Below, piece after piece: positions 1-11,229 of a DNA stretch of 64,000 nucleotides. The DNA is from the human T2T-CHM13v2.0 reference genome, Homo sapiens: the NCBI RefSeq assembly GCF_009914755.1, contig NC_060944.1; one strand, given 5' to 3'. Every line of letters starts with the position of its first letter. The first letter of the stretch is position 1. The notes under the pieces were generated by a model. That model did no database searches. It was not told the origin of the DNA and saw only the letters and a list, made by a program, of their open reading frames with translations. Made by a program: the position numbers and the translations under genes.

Positions 1-1389
1 ATGAACATAAACAGGAGGACAGCAACACCCTCAGCCCAGATGTCATAAGCCACCTGGCAGGAGGCAGCCTGCGGAGAAGCTCCACCCACACAGATCCAAG
101 TCCTCCTGGCTTCCTTCCTGATCATTCTCCAGACCATACTCTCTGCCCTACCTCCGGAGCCTTACAGTCAGCATCTCCCACAGTGCCCTGCTCTCTGCCC
201 TTCTCCTGGCCATCTCTCACTGGCATCCCTGGAAGGGAAGGGTAGCCCTGGAGTTAGAGGCACAGACTCTAGAGACAGACTGCCCAAGTTCCAATTCCAC
301 TTCTTGTTTCTCATCAGCTGTGTGAGCATGGGTATATGGCTCAACCTCCCTGTGCCTCTGGTGTGTAAAAAATTGGTGAAAACATTGCCTACCTCCCAGA
401 GTGGCTGGGAGGATCAAGGAAGTAACACATGCAAAGCTCCTAAAACAGCTGCATATCCAGTGGCCATGATGATCAATGTGTATATTTTGCTTCATTTCAT
501 TTTCATGACAACCCTGGAAGTTAAGTATTATAATTCCCAATTTACAGGTGAAGAAACTGAGGCTCAGAGAGGTGGAGAGAGTCAGGGCAGGGCTCTACAT
601 CTTTTTTTGTGATAGGGACTGGGCATCTGTCTTTAATTTTAAAAAATCTTTTTAAAAAATAGACACAGGGTCTCACTATGTTGCCCAGGCTGGTCTCAAA
701 CTCTTGGGCTCAAGTAATCCTCCCATCTCAGCCTCCCAAAGTGCTGATGCCTCCAGAGACAGGACGTGGCTGAGATGGATTATAACGTAGTCTCCGGTTT
801 GCAGTGCCTGGCTGCTGGTCATATCCTCACAGGGCCCATGGGACACAGAGCCAGGTGCATTCCCCTGACTTGGGTCTTCCAATGGCTCTCAGGCACCTCT
901 CTGCTTCCAGCCAGCCCTGGGAGGAGGGGGAGAACGGCATGGCAAGGCGTTTGCAGAGCCGTCTTGTTCACCAATGTCTTTCAAGACATTGCCCGGGTCC
1001 ACAGAGAGCCCACCATTCATTCCCATGCTGGCTGGAGCCCCTGAATACCCGAGGTGACCTTCTGTCCTTGGACAAGTCACTTCCCCCTCTGATCTCCATC
1101 TCCCCATCTGTGCAATGAGGGGATGGGGCTGAATCAGTGGTTTTCCAACCCTCAAATAAAATATTAAGACTACATGTAAAAGGGAGTCGCTGGTTGAAGC
1201 TGGGCCTGTGGATGCATACCCTTGGCTCCTGGGAGCCTCGGAACCCAGCTTGAAAAACCCCAGCCCACATCCTCCTAAAGATTCTCCTGGCTCTGACACT
1301 GCAGAGTTCTAGAACCCCAAGCTCAAAGCTGCCGCTTCCCATCCCTGTTTGGAAAGCTCTCCCCCAGCTGCCTTTATCTCTCTTTGGTA

Positions 1390-1720
1390 ACAGAGCAAAT
1401 TTGCTCAGGACCCAGCACAGGGGGAACAAGCAGACTGTTGACTCTTGAGCAAAGCCTCTTCTTTGGAGAGCAGCCGAGGTGGCCGTGGGCTATGCGTTGG
1501 GAGGCCAGCGGCCTCTTGCATAACCCTGGAGGCCTCCTGCCCACCCAGGCCTTTTCAGGGTTAGGGGTGAGGAAAACCGCAAACTCATGCCCAGTTAATT
1601 TTTTAAGGCAAAATCAACAGGCTCAGCAATGATTAGCAGCTGGGTAAGTTGGTCTTAATCAGGCTAAGGACAGGGAGGGAGGAAGGAGGCCCAGGGATGG
1701 GGCCCAGTTATCAGTTAACC
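1390..1720. promoter_or_regulatory. Distal (~-6.5 kb) HNF4A P1 enhancer
   Basis: FOXA TGTTGAC 1436-1442; HNF4-like TGAGCAAAGCCT 1446-1457; C/EBP TTGCATAA 1516-1523; HNF1-like GTTAATTTTTTAA 1594-1606; distance and factor set match the known upstream enhancer. Confidence 0.7.
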
Positions 1721-1799
1721 ACATGAATGTTGCTTCCTTCCAAACCCACTGGCCTTCAGCCCCAAGCTCCCTCATCTTCCTCTCGGAAATACTCCTGTG

Positions 1800-1863
1800 A
1801 CAAGCCAGTGGCCACCCATCATCGGGTGAACAAGCCAGTGGCCACCCATCATCGGGTGAACAA
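1800..1863. repeat. perfect 30-bp tandem duplication
   Basis: CAAGCCAGTGGCCACCCATCATCGGGTGAA x2 plus partial copy. Confidence 0.95.
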
Positions 1864-4106
1864 ACACAATGCCACTCATGGTCTGTGATGAAGTAGAAAG
1901 TGCTCGTTGTTAAGACAAAGCTCACCCACCACCGCTGCGTGGACTTGAGCAAGTCCCTTTCACCCTCTGAGGCTCCGTGAGGGGCCCCAGGTCTGGGCCC
2001 CAAGTCTATGGTTCAGTCTGTGGCCAGCTGCCACTCCCCTGACGGCCTCAGTGTTTCCGTCCACTAAATGGGTGGGTTAGCCAAGGCATCTTTTCCAGTC
2101 TTGAAGCTTTGTGGGTGCCTGATTTGATTAAGCCACAGTGGCCTTTGCCGAGTGCAGAGGGTGGTATGAGTGGCATTTTAGGAGCTCAAGGAAGAGAAAG
2201 GGAGGGGACCTACCTGGTATCTGCCGTTGGTATCAGCAAGTGTCAGATCCCAGCTCCAGGAAGAGGGCTGTCCTCTCAGATGGGAGGCAGGGGTCCAGTG
2301 GGGTGGCTGTGGCTGCAGGGACAGCCTAGCAGAGCCTCTTGGTGGCCCAGACCCCCTGTCCCTGGACCTTGGAAGCCGCTAAAGGAAGCAGCAAGACCAG
2401 GCCAGCTGGTGGCTGCCTGGACTGGAGTTTGGTCAGTGGTTGGGGACCTATATTGTGAGATAGTTAGGACTTTGTCCACAAACTGGAATTTGAAATTTCA
2501 AAGGGGCAAAACTGAAGGGCCCTACCCCAGAGTAGAGATGGCTCTTGGCTTCTTTCCTCCACGACTTTTGTTCTTTGTCTTGATAAGTCCCAGTTTTCTC
2601 TGCACCTCTCCCGGAGTGGTGGGTGGGGAAGAAAAGATAGGAGATAATGGTGTGGTGAGCGCCAAGGGGAAGTGAAGATGCCAAGCAGCCCTGGGGTGGC
2701 CAGGCGTGTGGAGGATGCCCCTGCCCCTGCCTATACCCCGGGATAAGGTGCTTTACTTCTCAGGTCCTTGAGTTCCCCTGCAAGACTGAGGCAGTGAAAC
2801 CACCAGCTCCAGTGCCTTAGAATTCCGAAGTCCTTTCAGGGATTCCAGGAGTCATGATGCAGGCAATGCGTAGAGGGGTGAAGCCCTCAAGCTCTGGAGG
2901 CAGACTCGGGTTCAAACAACAGCCCCTCCCTTACGAGCTGTGTGGCTTTGGGCAAGTCACTTCACCTCTCTGAGCCTCAATTTCATCATCTTTAAAATGG
3001 GGATGACAATAGCCCCTATCTCAACAGGCAGATAATATGAGAAGGCTAGAAGGTTTTTAGCACCAGGGCTAGCACAAAATTTCTCTGTAAACATTAGACC
3101 TTATTATAATGTAAAAGAGAAACAATGTGGTTCGTAGTGGCAGCTCCCTTACCACCGTCCACAGCAGAGGCACAAGCTCCCTACACATGCCTCCCCAACT
3201 GCAGGTTGCCCAGGGCAATCCCTTCCCGTCTCAACTGGGTCTCTCTGTGGGCTCTGAGGTCCTCTGCTATCCCCTGGAATCTGCTGCCTCTTGAGCTGGG
3301 GCCCGACAGCAAGTGAGCAGAGGTAAAGAACAGCTGCTAAATTGATGGCATTGAGGCTAGTGCTTGTTCATGGCTGGGTGTGTGGTACCTGGAGCTGTCC
3401 TGAGCAGGGGTCCTGATTCCAACTGATTATGTGGCCAGTGTGTCATGCAATCAATGACCAATGACAGTGATTGCTACTATTGTACTGTATGCCTACACGT
3501 GGTCATTTAATGCTTGAACCATCCCTACAAAGAAGGTATCAACCCAATTTTTCTGATGCTTAAACTAAGGCTGAGAAAAGTAGAAGTTGAGGTCACAGAG
3601 TTTGGTACATTGGCACTGCCTGGATTTTAACCTAGATCTATCTGACCCACAAGGTCTGTGGTTTATTCCCCTAAAGAGAGGTCAGGGGAAGAGAGGCTAA
3701 GAAGCTTATCTACTCTCTCATTTAATCTTCACGACAAACGACAAGTTAGACCCCTTGTACAGAAGGAGTAACCAAGGCTTCGAAATAAAAACTTGCCTTG
3801 TGCAGACAGCTGGCCCTGGGCTTGGAATATAAATAGTCACTGGTATACAGGCACCAGAGACCAATACCCACAGGCTAACACCCACTCAGTCCACAGAAAG
3901 AAGCTTAATATTTTTTATAAGCATAGAAATAAAAACCAAACCAATACTGTGACATTTGCTCTGTGACTTCCTGTATTTATTATGTGCTCATATGAAAGCA
4001 CCTAAGCATTGTCAGGATAATGTTCTTCCTCACTGGAGGGCGTTATGAAGTTGCTTTCTTTTTTCCACTAGTTAAAAAAAAAATCCCTTGGAGGAAGGGA
4101 ATGAAA

Positions 4107-4380
4107 CTTTTTATAATTGATACATAATAATTGTACATATATATGGAGCACATGTATTTTGATACATGCATACCATGCAAAGTATTTAGGATATCCATCA
4201 CCTCAAACATTTATCATTTCTTTGTGTTGGGTACATTTCAGATCTTCTCTTCTGGCTATTTTGAAATATAAAGTAAATGATTGTTAACTATAATCGCTCT
4301 ACTGTGCTATAAGAACTAGATCTTATTCCTTCTATCTCACTTATTTTTGTACCCATGAACCAACGTCTCTTCATCCCCTG
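4107..4380 (-). mobile_element. L1 (L1MA-like) 3' fragment
   Basis: ATAATTGTACATAT...TTTTGATACATGCAT...CATTTATCATTTCTTTGTG resembles antisense L1M 3' ends. Confidence 0.7.
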
Positions 4381-4381
4381 A

Positions 4382-4688
<307 letters not shown>

Positions 4689-6366
4689 GAAACTTTCAAG
4701 GTCTCAAGACACTGTACATTTAAAGTACCCCAATGTTTTCCTTTTCCACCTCCCGTTCTTTCTCCTTATCTAACATGAAGAACATTGTATTAAATCTGAT
4801 TTTTAAGGAGTTTTTGTCTGTTATGTGTTAAGGGTTTGTTTGGTACCCCAATGAAAACATTCTGCATTGCAGACCAAAGTGTGCTTATTTCAGGGGCATG
4901 GGATCATTGCGTTCTTAGCCATTGTCACAAAATACATGGAGTCATATTTAAAATGTAAAGTTGTAACATACATATGTTTAAAATGGAAATACAAAGCAAA
5001 AAGATGGATGTACAATGTCATGTGTATTCAGTTCTCTGTACTTAGTAAATGTAACAAACTTTCTGTCTATTACTGAACTATAGGTGCAAGGACACGTCTC
5101 CAGTTACTTTGCATCTGTAATCCACAAAGATTCTGGGCAGCTGTATTATCATAGCTTGGTTTAAATAAACTATGTAGTAACAATGAACAACAAGAACAAA
5201 AGAAATAATAGCTTGCCTGAGGTCACAGAGCCAGCAGATCTTATAGGTGGTGCGTCATTTATATGAGGAATGTGTATCTAGGAGATACTGTTTGGCGTTG
5301 GCTAAGGGTGGAATGAATCATGTATGTAATAGATTATGCAATTTACAGTGATGAGTGGATAGATTTACTTATGGGGTAGGTTATAATGTGGTGGGATGTG
5401 AATCTAGAATGTGCCTCCTAGGCAGTCATGCAGATTGTGCATTTGGTAAGTCAGGTATGTCATGATTCATGTATCTAATAGCTCTTCATTTGCAGTGTCC
5501 ACCTAGTAGCTCTTGGATATAACGGGTCATGGCTGTGGCATGGTGTGGTTGATCTTGGTTGATCGTAGACCTTATTTAATTGAATCTAAGATGTCATCTA
5601 TGGAAAAATGCATTGTTATTTTTGTTGCCAATGAAATTCTGACATGACATTGATCACATTCCCCGTTAAGCAATGTGGAACTGTGCCTCAGAGTGGAAGA
5701 GGCCATGTATTCCTGGATTGTGTGGGGAGTAGCTGTGCCTGTGGCCTGCCATAGGTGCCAGGCAGGTGGCAGAGGCCTGGGCTCAGCCCTTGGAGGCTCC
5801 TCCCGGAGCTGCCCTCCACATCTCTTCTGTGTTTACCCCTTGGTCGGATCTTCTGTTTCTTCCCACCTCTGCACTGCCCCCAAGGCCGGTGGAGCCAGGT
5901 CAGATACTCCTGAGGTAGGCATGGGAGGAACCCGCCGGTATTTGGTCTCTTTCAGCCCCTTATCAAGTCTCATAGTGTGGGTTGCAGGGGGCTGCCTCTT
6001 GCTCCCTCCCTCAGAGTCTTGTCCTGGCTAACAGAAAACTGAGCCAGGATCATCTTTCTATTTTACAGAGGGAGAAATTGAAGCCCTGAGAAGAGACGAT
6101 GTAAATAAAGTTATCGGAATAGTGACTGAGCTAGTTCCTAACCCCAGGTCTCCTGACGTCAAATCTAGCCTCTCTTGTCCTCCACAACAGTTGCTCCCTC
6201 TCCCCTTTCCCTACAGGCAATAGCACTCCCCAGTCATCTCAGCTTCAGAGGTCAGATCAAGTGGACAGAATAAAGCTAAGCAGGGCAGAGAAAGGGCTTC
6301 TAGCAGTGGAAAGAACATGAAGATGCCTCCTCATACCACTCGAACACACATGCCCTGACTCCCGAT

Positions 6367-6640
6367 TTGCTCACTCATTAATCCACCCACACATTCACTC
6401 ATTCACTCACTCATTAATTCACCCACCCATTCACTCATTAATTCACCCACCCATTTGCTCACTTACTCAGTAATTTACCCTCATTCGTTCATTCACTCAC
6501 TCATTCATGCGTTCACTCAACTCACTCATTAATTCTCCCTGTCTCTAATTCACTCACTCCTAATTCACCCACTCATCAATTCCCCCACACACTCACTCAT
6601 TAATTGGTGCTCCCACTAATTCGCCCACTCTTGCTCACAG
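6367..6640. repeat. low-complexity (CACT/CATT)n tract with repeated CTCATTAAT
   Basis: Reiterated ACTCATTAATTCACCC-like units. Confidence 0.85.
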
Positions 6641-6863
6641 GTGTCACCGAGGCCCTCCAACCTGCCCTTCCAGCCAGCAGTGGAGGACAGGCTCCCAGGC
6701 CTCCCAAGTCTCAGGCTTTTCTTCCTCTGCCCTCACTCTCTGCCTTCTACATCAAGACTTTACTTCCCCAGATTGATTGGCAGCCCTTGAAAATGTCTGC
6801 ACAGAAGGCAATGAGGGCTGGAGGGAGTGAGAAGAACAGAGTGCACCATGAGCTTCAGACAGC

Positions 6864-7041
6864 CAGGACCAGCTGTGTAATTTTCAGGGCCCCGTCCAAA
6901 ACAAAAATGCACAATCCCTTGTTCAAAAGTCATGATGAATTTTAGGACAACCACAGCAGAGCACTGAACCAGGAACCAGGACTTTCTAAGGGTTGGGTTG
7001 CCTGTGACTGCACTGGCGATACCCCCACAAAGCCCACTCTG
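6864..7041 (-). mobile_element. MER45A-like hAT DNA transposon
   Basis: CAGGACCAGCTGTGTAATTTTCAGGGCCCC...CCCTTGTTCAAAA...CAGCAGAGCA resembles antisense MER45A. Confidence 0.7.
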
Positions 7042-7619
7042 AAGGTAGGAGACGGGTGGAGAGAAACAGGGGGATGGCAAGGGGGATACGAAACAGGGAG
7101 AGGGAGGAGGGGGAAGAGGATGGACGTCTACCAGGCCCCACTTGGTGCTTGATTTATGCCATCTCATTTCCTTCTCAAACCACCCTTTGAAGTTGATTGT
7201 ACATTTTACAGAAAAGGAAACTGAGGCTCGGAGAGGAGAATCATTTACCCAAGGTCCCAGTTAGTAGACGGTAGGTGCCTGAATGTAAATCCAGGTCTCT
7301 GCCTGCTCCGGGAGGGGGTGGGGGTGAGGGAAACAGGAGAATGTGATGGGAAAATCCGAGATGGAGCCAGCCTGGGCCAGAAACACTGGGAGCTGTGGGA
7401 GACGGCGAGGGGCAGGGTGGGATCACAGGGAGCAGGAGCGGGGAATTGGAGGTGAATCTGGCCCTCCCAAACTTCCAGTCCATTCTGCTCCCAGGGGAAC
7501 CGGGAAACTGCGGGGGAACTGGAAGGGAGCTCCCAGAACAAGGATCCAGAAGATTGGCATCTGGGGCCTGGGATTTAGGTTTCTAAATCGTGGGCCATGG
7601 GGCAGCCTTATCTCTGCAA

Positions 7620-8045
7620 AAGCATTGAGGGTAGAAGTCAATGATTTGGGAAGTTATTGAATTAGGGGATCTCGGAGGTAGGCTGTCAGTGCCTGATAGT
7701 ATCAGTTAGAATGCCTGACTTGGGGTGACAATGGCTTGGAGGGGTGGGTGAGTCAAGGGTCAAATGAGTGCCCGTGAGTCATGATGCCTGCCTTGTACAA
7801 TTGATAACTGAACATCGGTGAGTTAGGGCCCCAGCAGTTGTAATTAGCACCCCGGGTGTCAGCCAGAAACCAACAAACAGCCAAATCCCTGCAGCCCCGC
7901 CCAGCCTATCCACCGGCGGGGGACCGATTAACCATTAACCCCCACCCCTCCCCGGCAGAGCCTCCACCCCTTCACAGAGGCTAGGCCAAGACTCCCAGCA
8001 GATCTTCCCAGAGGACGGTTTGAAAGGAAGGCAGAGAGGGCACTG
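7620..8045 (+). promoter_or_regulatory. HNF4A: HNF4A P1 proximal promoter (TATA-less)
   Basis: HNF1 site ATTAACCATTAAC 7927-7939; GC box 7895-7902; GATA TGATAA 7802-7807; DR1 GAGTCAaGGGTCA 7750-7762; AP-1 TGAGTCA 7749-7755 and 7775-7781; HNF6-like AAGTCAATGA 7635-7644. Confidence 0.9.
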
Positions 8046-8133
8046 GGAGGAGGCAGTGGGAGGGCGGAGGGCGGGGGCCTTCGGGGTGGGCGCCCAGGGT
8101 AGGGCAGGTGGCCGCGGCGTGGAGGCAGGGAGA
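8045..8133 (+). promoter_or_regulatory. HNF4A: G-rich P1 5'UTR with G-quadruplex potential
   Basis: Eight GGG+ tracts between 8058 and 8104; TSS position is approximate. Confidence 0.75.
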
Positions 8134-8248
8134 ATGCGACTCTCCAAAACCCTCGTCGACATGGACATGGCCGACTACAGTGCTGCACTGGACCCAGCCT
8201 ACACCACCCTGGAATTTGAGAATGTGCAGGTGTTGACGATGGGCAATG
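8134..8248 (+). CDS. HNF4A: HNF4A exon 1A coding part (P1 isoforms; AF-1 region)
   Basis: ATG 8134 begins MRLSKTLVDMDMADYSAALDPAYTTLEFENVQVLTMGN; donor G|GTAGGT; 115 nt; further in-frame ATGs at 8161 and 8167. Confidence 0.99.
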
Positions 8249-8796
8249 GTAGGTGGGGGCAGATGTGCCCAGGTGTGCCAGTGGGGGCAGGTGTGCCTGG
8301 GTCCAGGAGCAGATCTTTGGCACTCAACTTTGGGGTGGGAGGAGAATGATACAAAATGGTAGGTTGGTCCTACAGGCCAGCACAGGTGTTGCCAAGTGAA
8401 GCCCATGTGCCCAGGCACAGTGATCACAGGCATTCTGGGTGAAGGGAGGCCTGCAAGGGCCAATTTCCAGCAAAAGTCGATCCCGGCTATTCCTCCCAGG
8501 CCCTTCCAGTCCTCACTGCCTCACAGTGGCTCTGCTTGGCGCTTGGCACAGTGACGTGATGGTGAGCTCCCCCTTGGTGCCCAGCTCCAGCGATTCAGCC
8601 CAGCACGGCCCCTTCGTGAACCCCTTGGGCCTAGGTTCAGAGAGACGGCAAGGGATGTTGTATCCCTGGAGATGGTGGTTGGAGACATAACCGCATTTCT
8701 CGGTGTCTTTGGGACTTTCCTAGGGAAATGAAATTGGCACTTAGGGAAAATGGAGCTCTCAGGGAAGTTTTGCTAACTACGAAGCCAACTCAGCAC

Positions 8797-9225
8797 TGTG
8801 TGTGTTGTGTGTGCGTTCGTGTGTGATAGTGAGTTTCCATGTAGGTTGTATGGGTGGGGTGATGCCTTCAGGAACCCATTTGCATATGTGTGTTCATTTG
8901 TCTCTGTGTGTGAGTTCTGGGTCTATTTTACTTTGTATTCATTGAGTGGGTCTGTGTTTGTGTCTTAGGAGTTGCCCGTGTTGATCCTGCTTATGTATGT
9001 AAGTGTGTATGTGTGTGTACTTGTGTCTGTGGATGTTTGTACATGTGTGCTGTGTGTGCGGGTCATAGAGCACATGCGTTTGTGCATGCGGACCTGTTGG
9101 AGTGCCCTGTTCTTCCTGCATCTTTATCCTGTATGGGCGTTTTGTCGTGTGCCCATATTTGTACCTGCTGTGTATATATGCAGTTCCCTGTGCTGCGGGC
9201 GGGGGTCAGCGGTCTCTGGTGTGCA
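8797..9225. repeat. degenerate GT-rich tract
   Basis: Dense interrupted TG dinucleotides. Confidence 0.8.
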
Positions 9226-9314
9226 CGACTGCACAGACCCAAATGCAGGACTCTGTTGTTGCCACTCACCAAGTGAGATTCATATCAGCAACATGTCCGT
9301 TTGTCTCTGAGCAG

Positions 9315-9405
9315 ATTTTGTTGCCGCTGCGTCTCGCCAGATTGAGGCATCCCCTCCGACATCACTGGAGCATATCTGGAGGGGTGGACAGTTCTCCACA
9401 GGGAG
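9315..9405 (+). CDS. HNF4A: HNF4A alternative 91-nt exon (alpha4-6 type N-terminus)
   Basis: CAG|ATT acceptor, G|GTAGGG donor; encodes ILLPLRLARLRHPLRHHWSISGGVDSSPQG, which I recognise as the alternative HNF4A N-terminal peptide; ends in phase with exon 2. Confidence 0.8.
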
Positions 9406-11229
9406 GTAGGGGAAAAGAGGAGGCCCGGAAACCCCTCCTGGAGGGAAGAGCCCCATCGGTCCCAGGCCAGCCTCAGAGGAGAGGGGGCAGGCAGCTGGCT
9501 GAGGTCAGCCTGCCACCCTGCTTCCTTCTGTGTCTTGGAGCCACTCAGCCAGTATGAGGCTGCAGCTCCAGCTGAGGTCTGGAATCTTGTGGTCAGCTCA
9601 GCTAGGGTGAGGAGGCAGCTGCTGGGCACTGCTTGTTGTCAGCTCAGCAGGTGCTCACCTGCCCCTGCCGTCCAGTCACGTGTGACCTTGGGCATGTCAC
9701 CTCCCCTATCCTGGCTTCTGTATCTTCTACAAAACAGGCTTCATTCCCCCAGGCCTGCTGGCTGGACGGCTTTTAGGCCTGTCTGAGGACCACGCCAGGA
9801 GCGCAAGGCAAAAACACACCAGAGATAGCAAACAAGCTGCTGCTGCACTAGGTGGAGTGTTGTGTGGCCCCACGAGGACCACTGCCCTGCCCTGGGCTGC
9901 TCCCCGCCCCCATCACTTTTTCCAAGCCCAGGAACTGTGTGCTCCTGAGGCAGAGGCCAAGCCCCTGAACTGGGAGTCCCAAAGACAAGACCACCTCCAG
10001 CTCTGGAACCAGAAAGATCTGGGCTCAAATCCGGCATAGATCCTTCCAACCTGTGTGAATGTGGCAAGGCAATTTCCTCTCTGAGCCTCAGTTTCCTCAC
10101 CTATAAAATGGGAATAAATAATAGTGTCTGTCTCCCAGGGCTGGCCAGAGGATAAATAAGATGAGGTGCCTGGGTGCTTAGCCCTGGTAAAGGGCCTGGC
10201 CCCACCATGGGTCATCTCAAGGGCTCTGAGCATCTGTAAGCAGGGTCCCCACATTCCTCACTGGAGTTTGAAGTGGTCTGAATTGGGGTTATGTGAAGTT
10301 GTCCTCTGAAGTGTTTTGAGTACATCCTGGGCTGGTGTCTGAAAGGCTCCAAGGATATTTCTCCCCCGTCCTCTCCCCACCCCAATGGAGCAGCAGCCCT
10401 GGGTGGCTCCTTGTTCATTAGAGGCCCAGCAGACACCTCAACATGTGTGGCACTGGCTGGAGTAGCCCAGCAAGCCTGGACCATAAACCCATGGCTCTGC
10501 TTCACCGGAAGCAGTGCGATGACACCAGGAAGCCACTTTTCCTCTCTAAGCCTCAGTGTCCTCATCTGTGGAATAGAGGTGCTCGGCTGACCTCAGAGGG
10601 GAGATGATAGAGCTGACAGCCCCCAGCCCATCCTGCCTCAGAGGTGGGAGCTACTTCCCCAGCCTCCTGCTGAATGGCCAGGAGCTGTGGGGGTCAGCTC
10701 TCCCCGGGGGTCGGGGGAGGAGAGGCCGAGGGAGAAAGGGCACCCACGTGGCTTAACAATTATCCCCATCTCCAGGAATAATTCACCAAGTGGAGGGGGC
10801 TGCACTCCTGGGGACACCTGGGAGTCTGCGATGGCAGAAATGAGATGCGGCAGTGTCTGCTTGTGCAAGGAGCCTGGAAGTCCTCTGCTCCGAGAGTTTT
10901 CCTATGTGGAAAAGTTTTTATTTCATGAACACTGATATAGTGCTTACTATGTGCCAAGCACTTCACATACACATATGAGAATTCACCGAATCCCCATAAC
11001 GAACCTAGGGGAATATCACGTTCCCCATTTTACAAGTGAGGAAACAAAAGCATAGAGAAGTAAACGAACACAGTCAATGTCACACGGCTAAAAAGTGGGC
11101 AAGCTGGAATTGAACCCTGGGCAGAAGGACTTCAGAGGCTGTGCTGTTACCTACAGTGCATGGCCCTCTCTGGGTCTTAACTGGATGCCCCTGAGGAATC
11201 CAAGGTTGGATTCAGGATTTCTATGAATA

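Noticed and set aside
8020-8133. Open in-frame 5' extension of HNF4A from a TTG
   Set aside because: Starts upstream of the likely TSS; G-rich sequence is naturally stop-poor; no evidence of use
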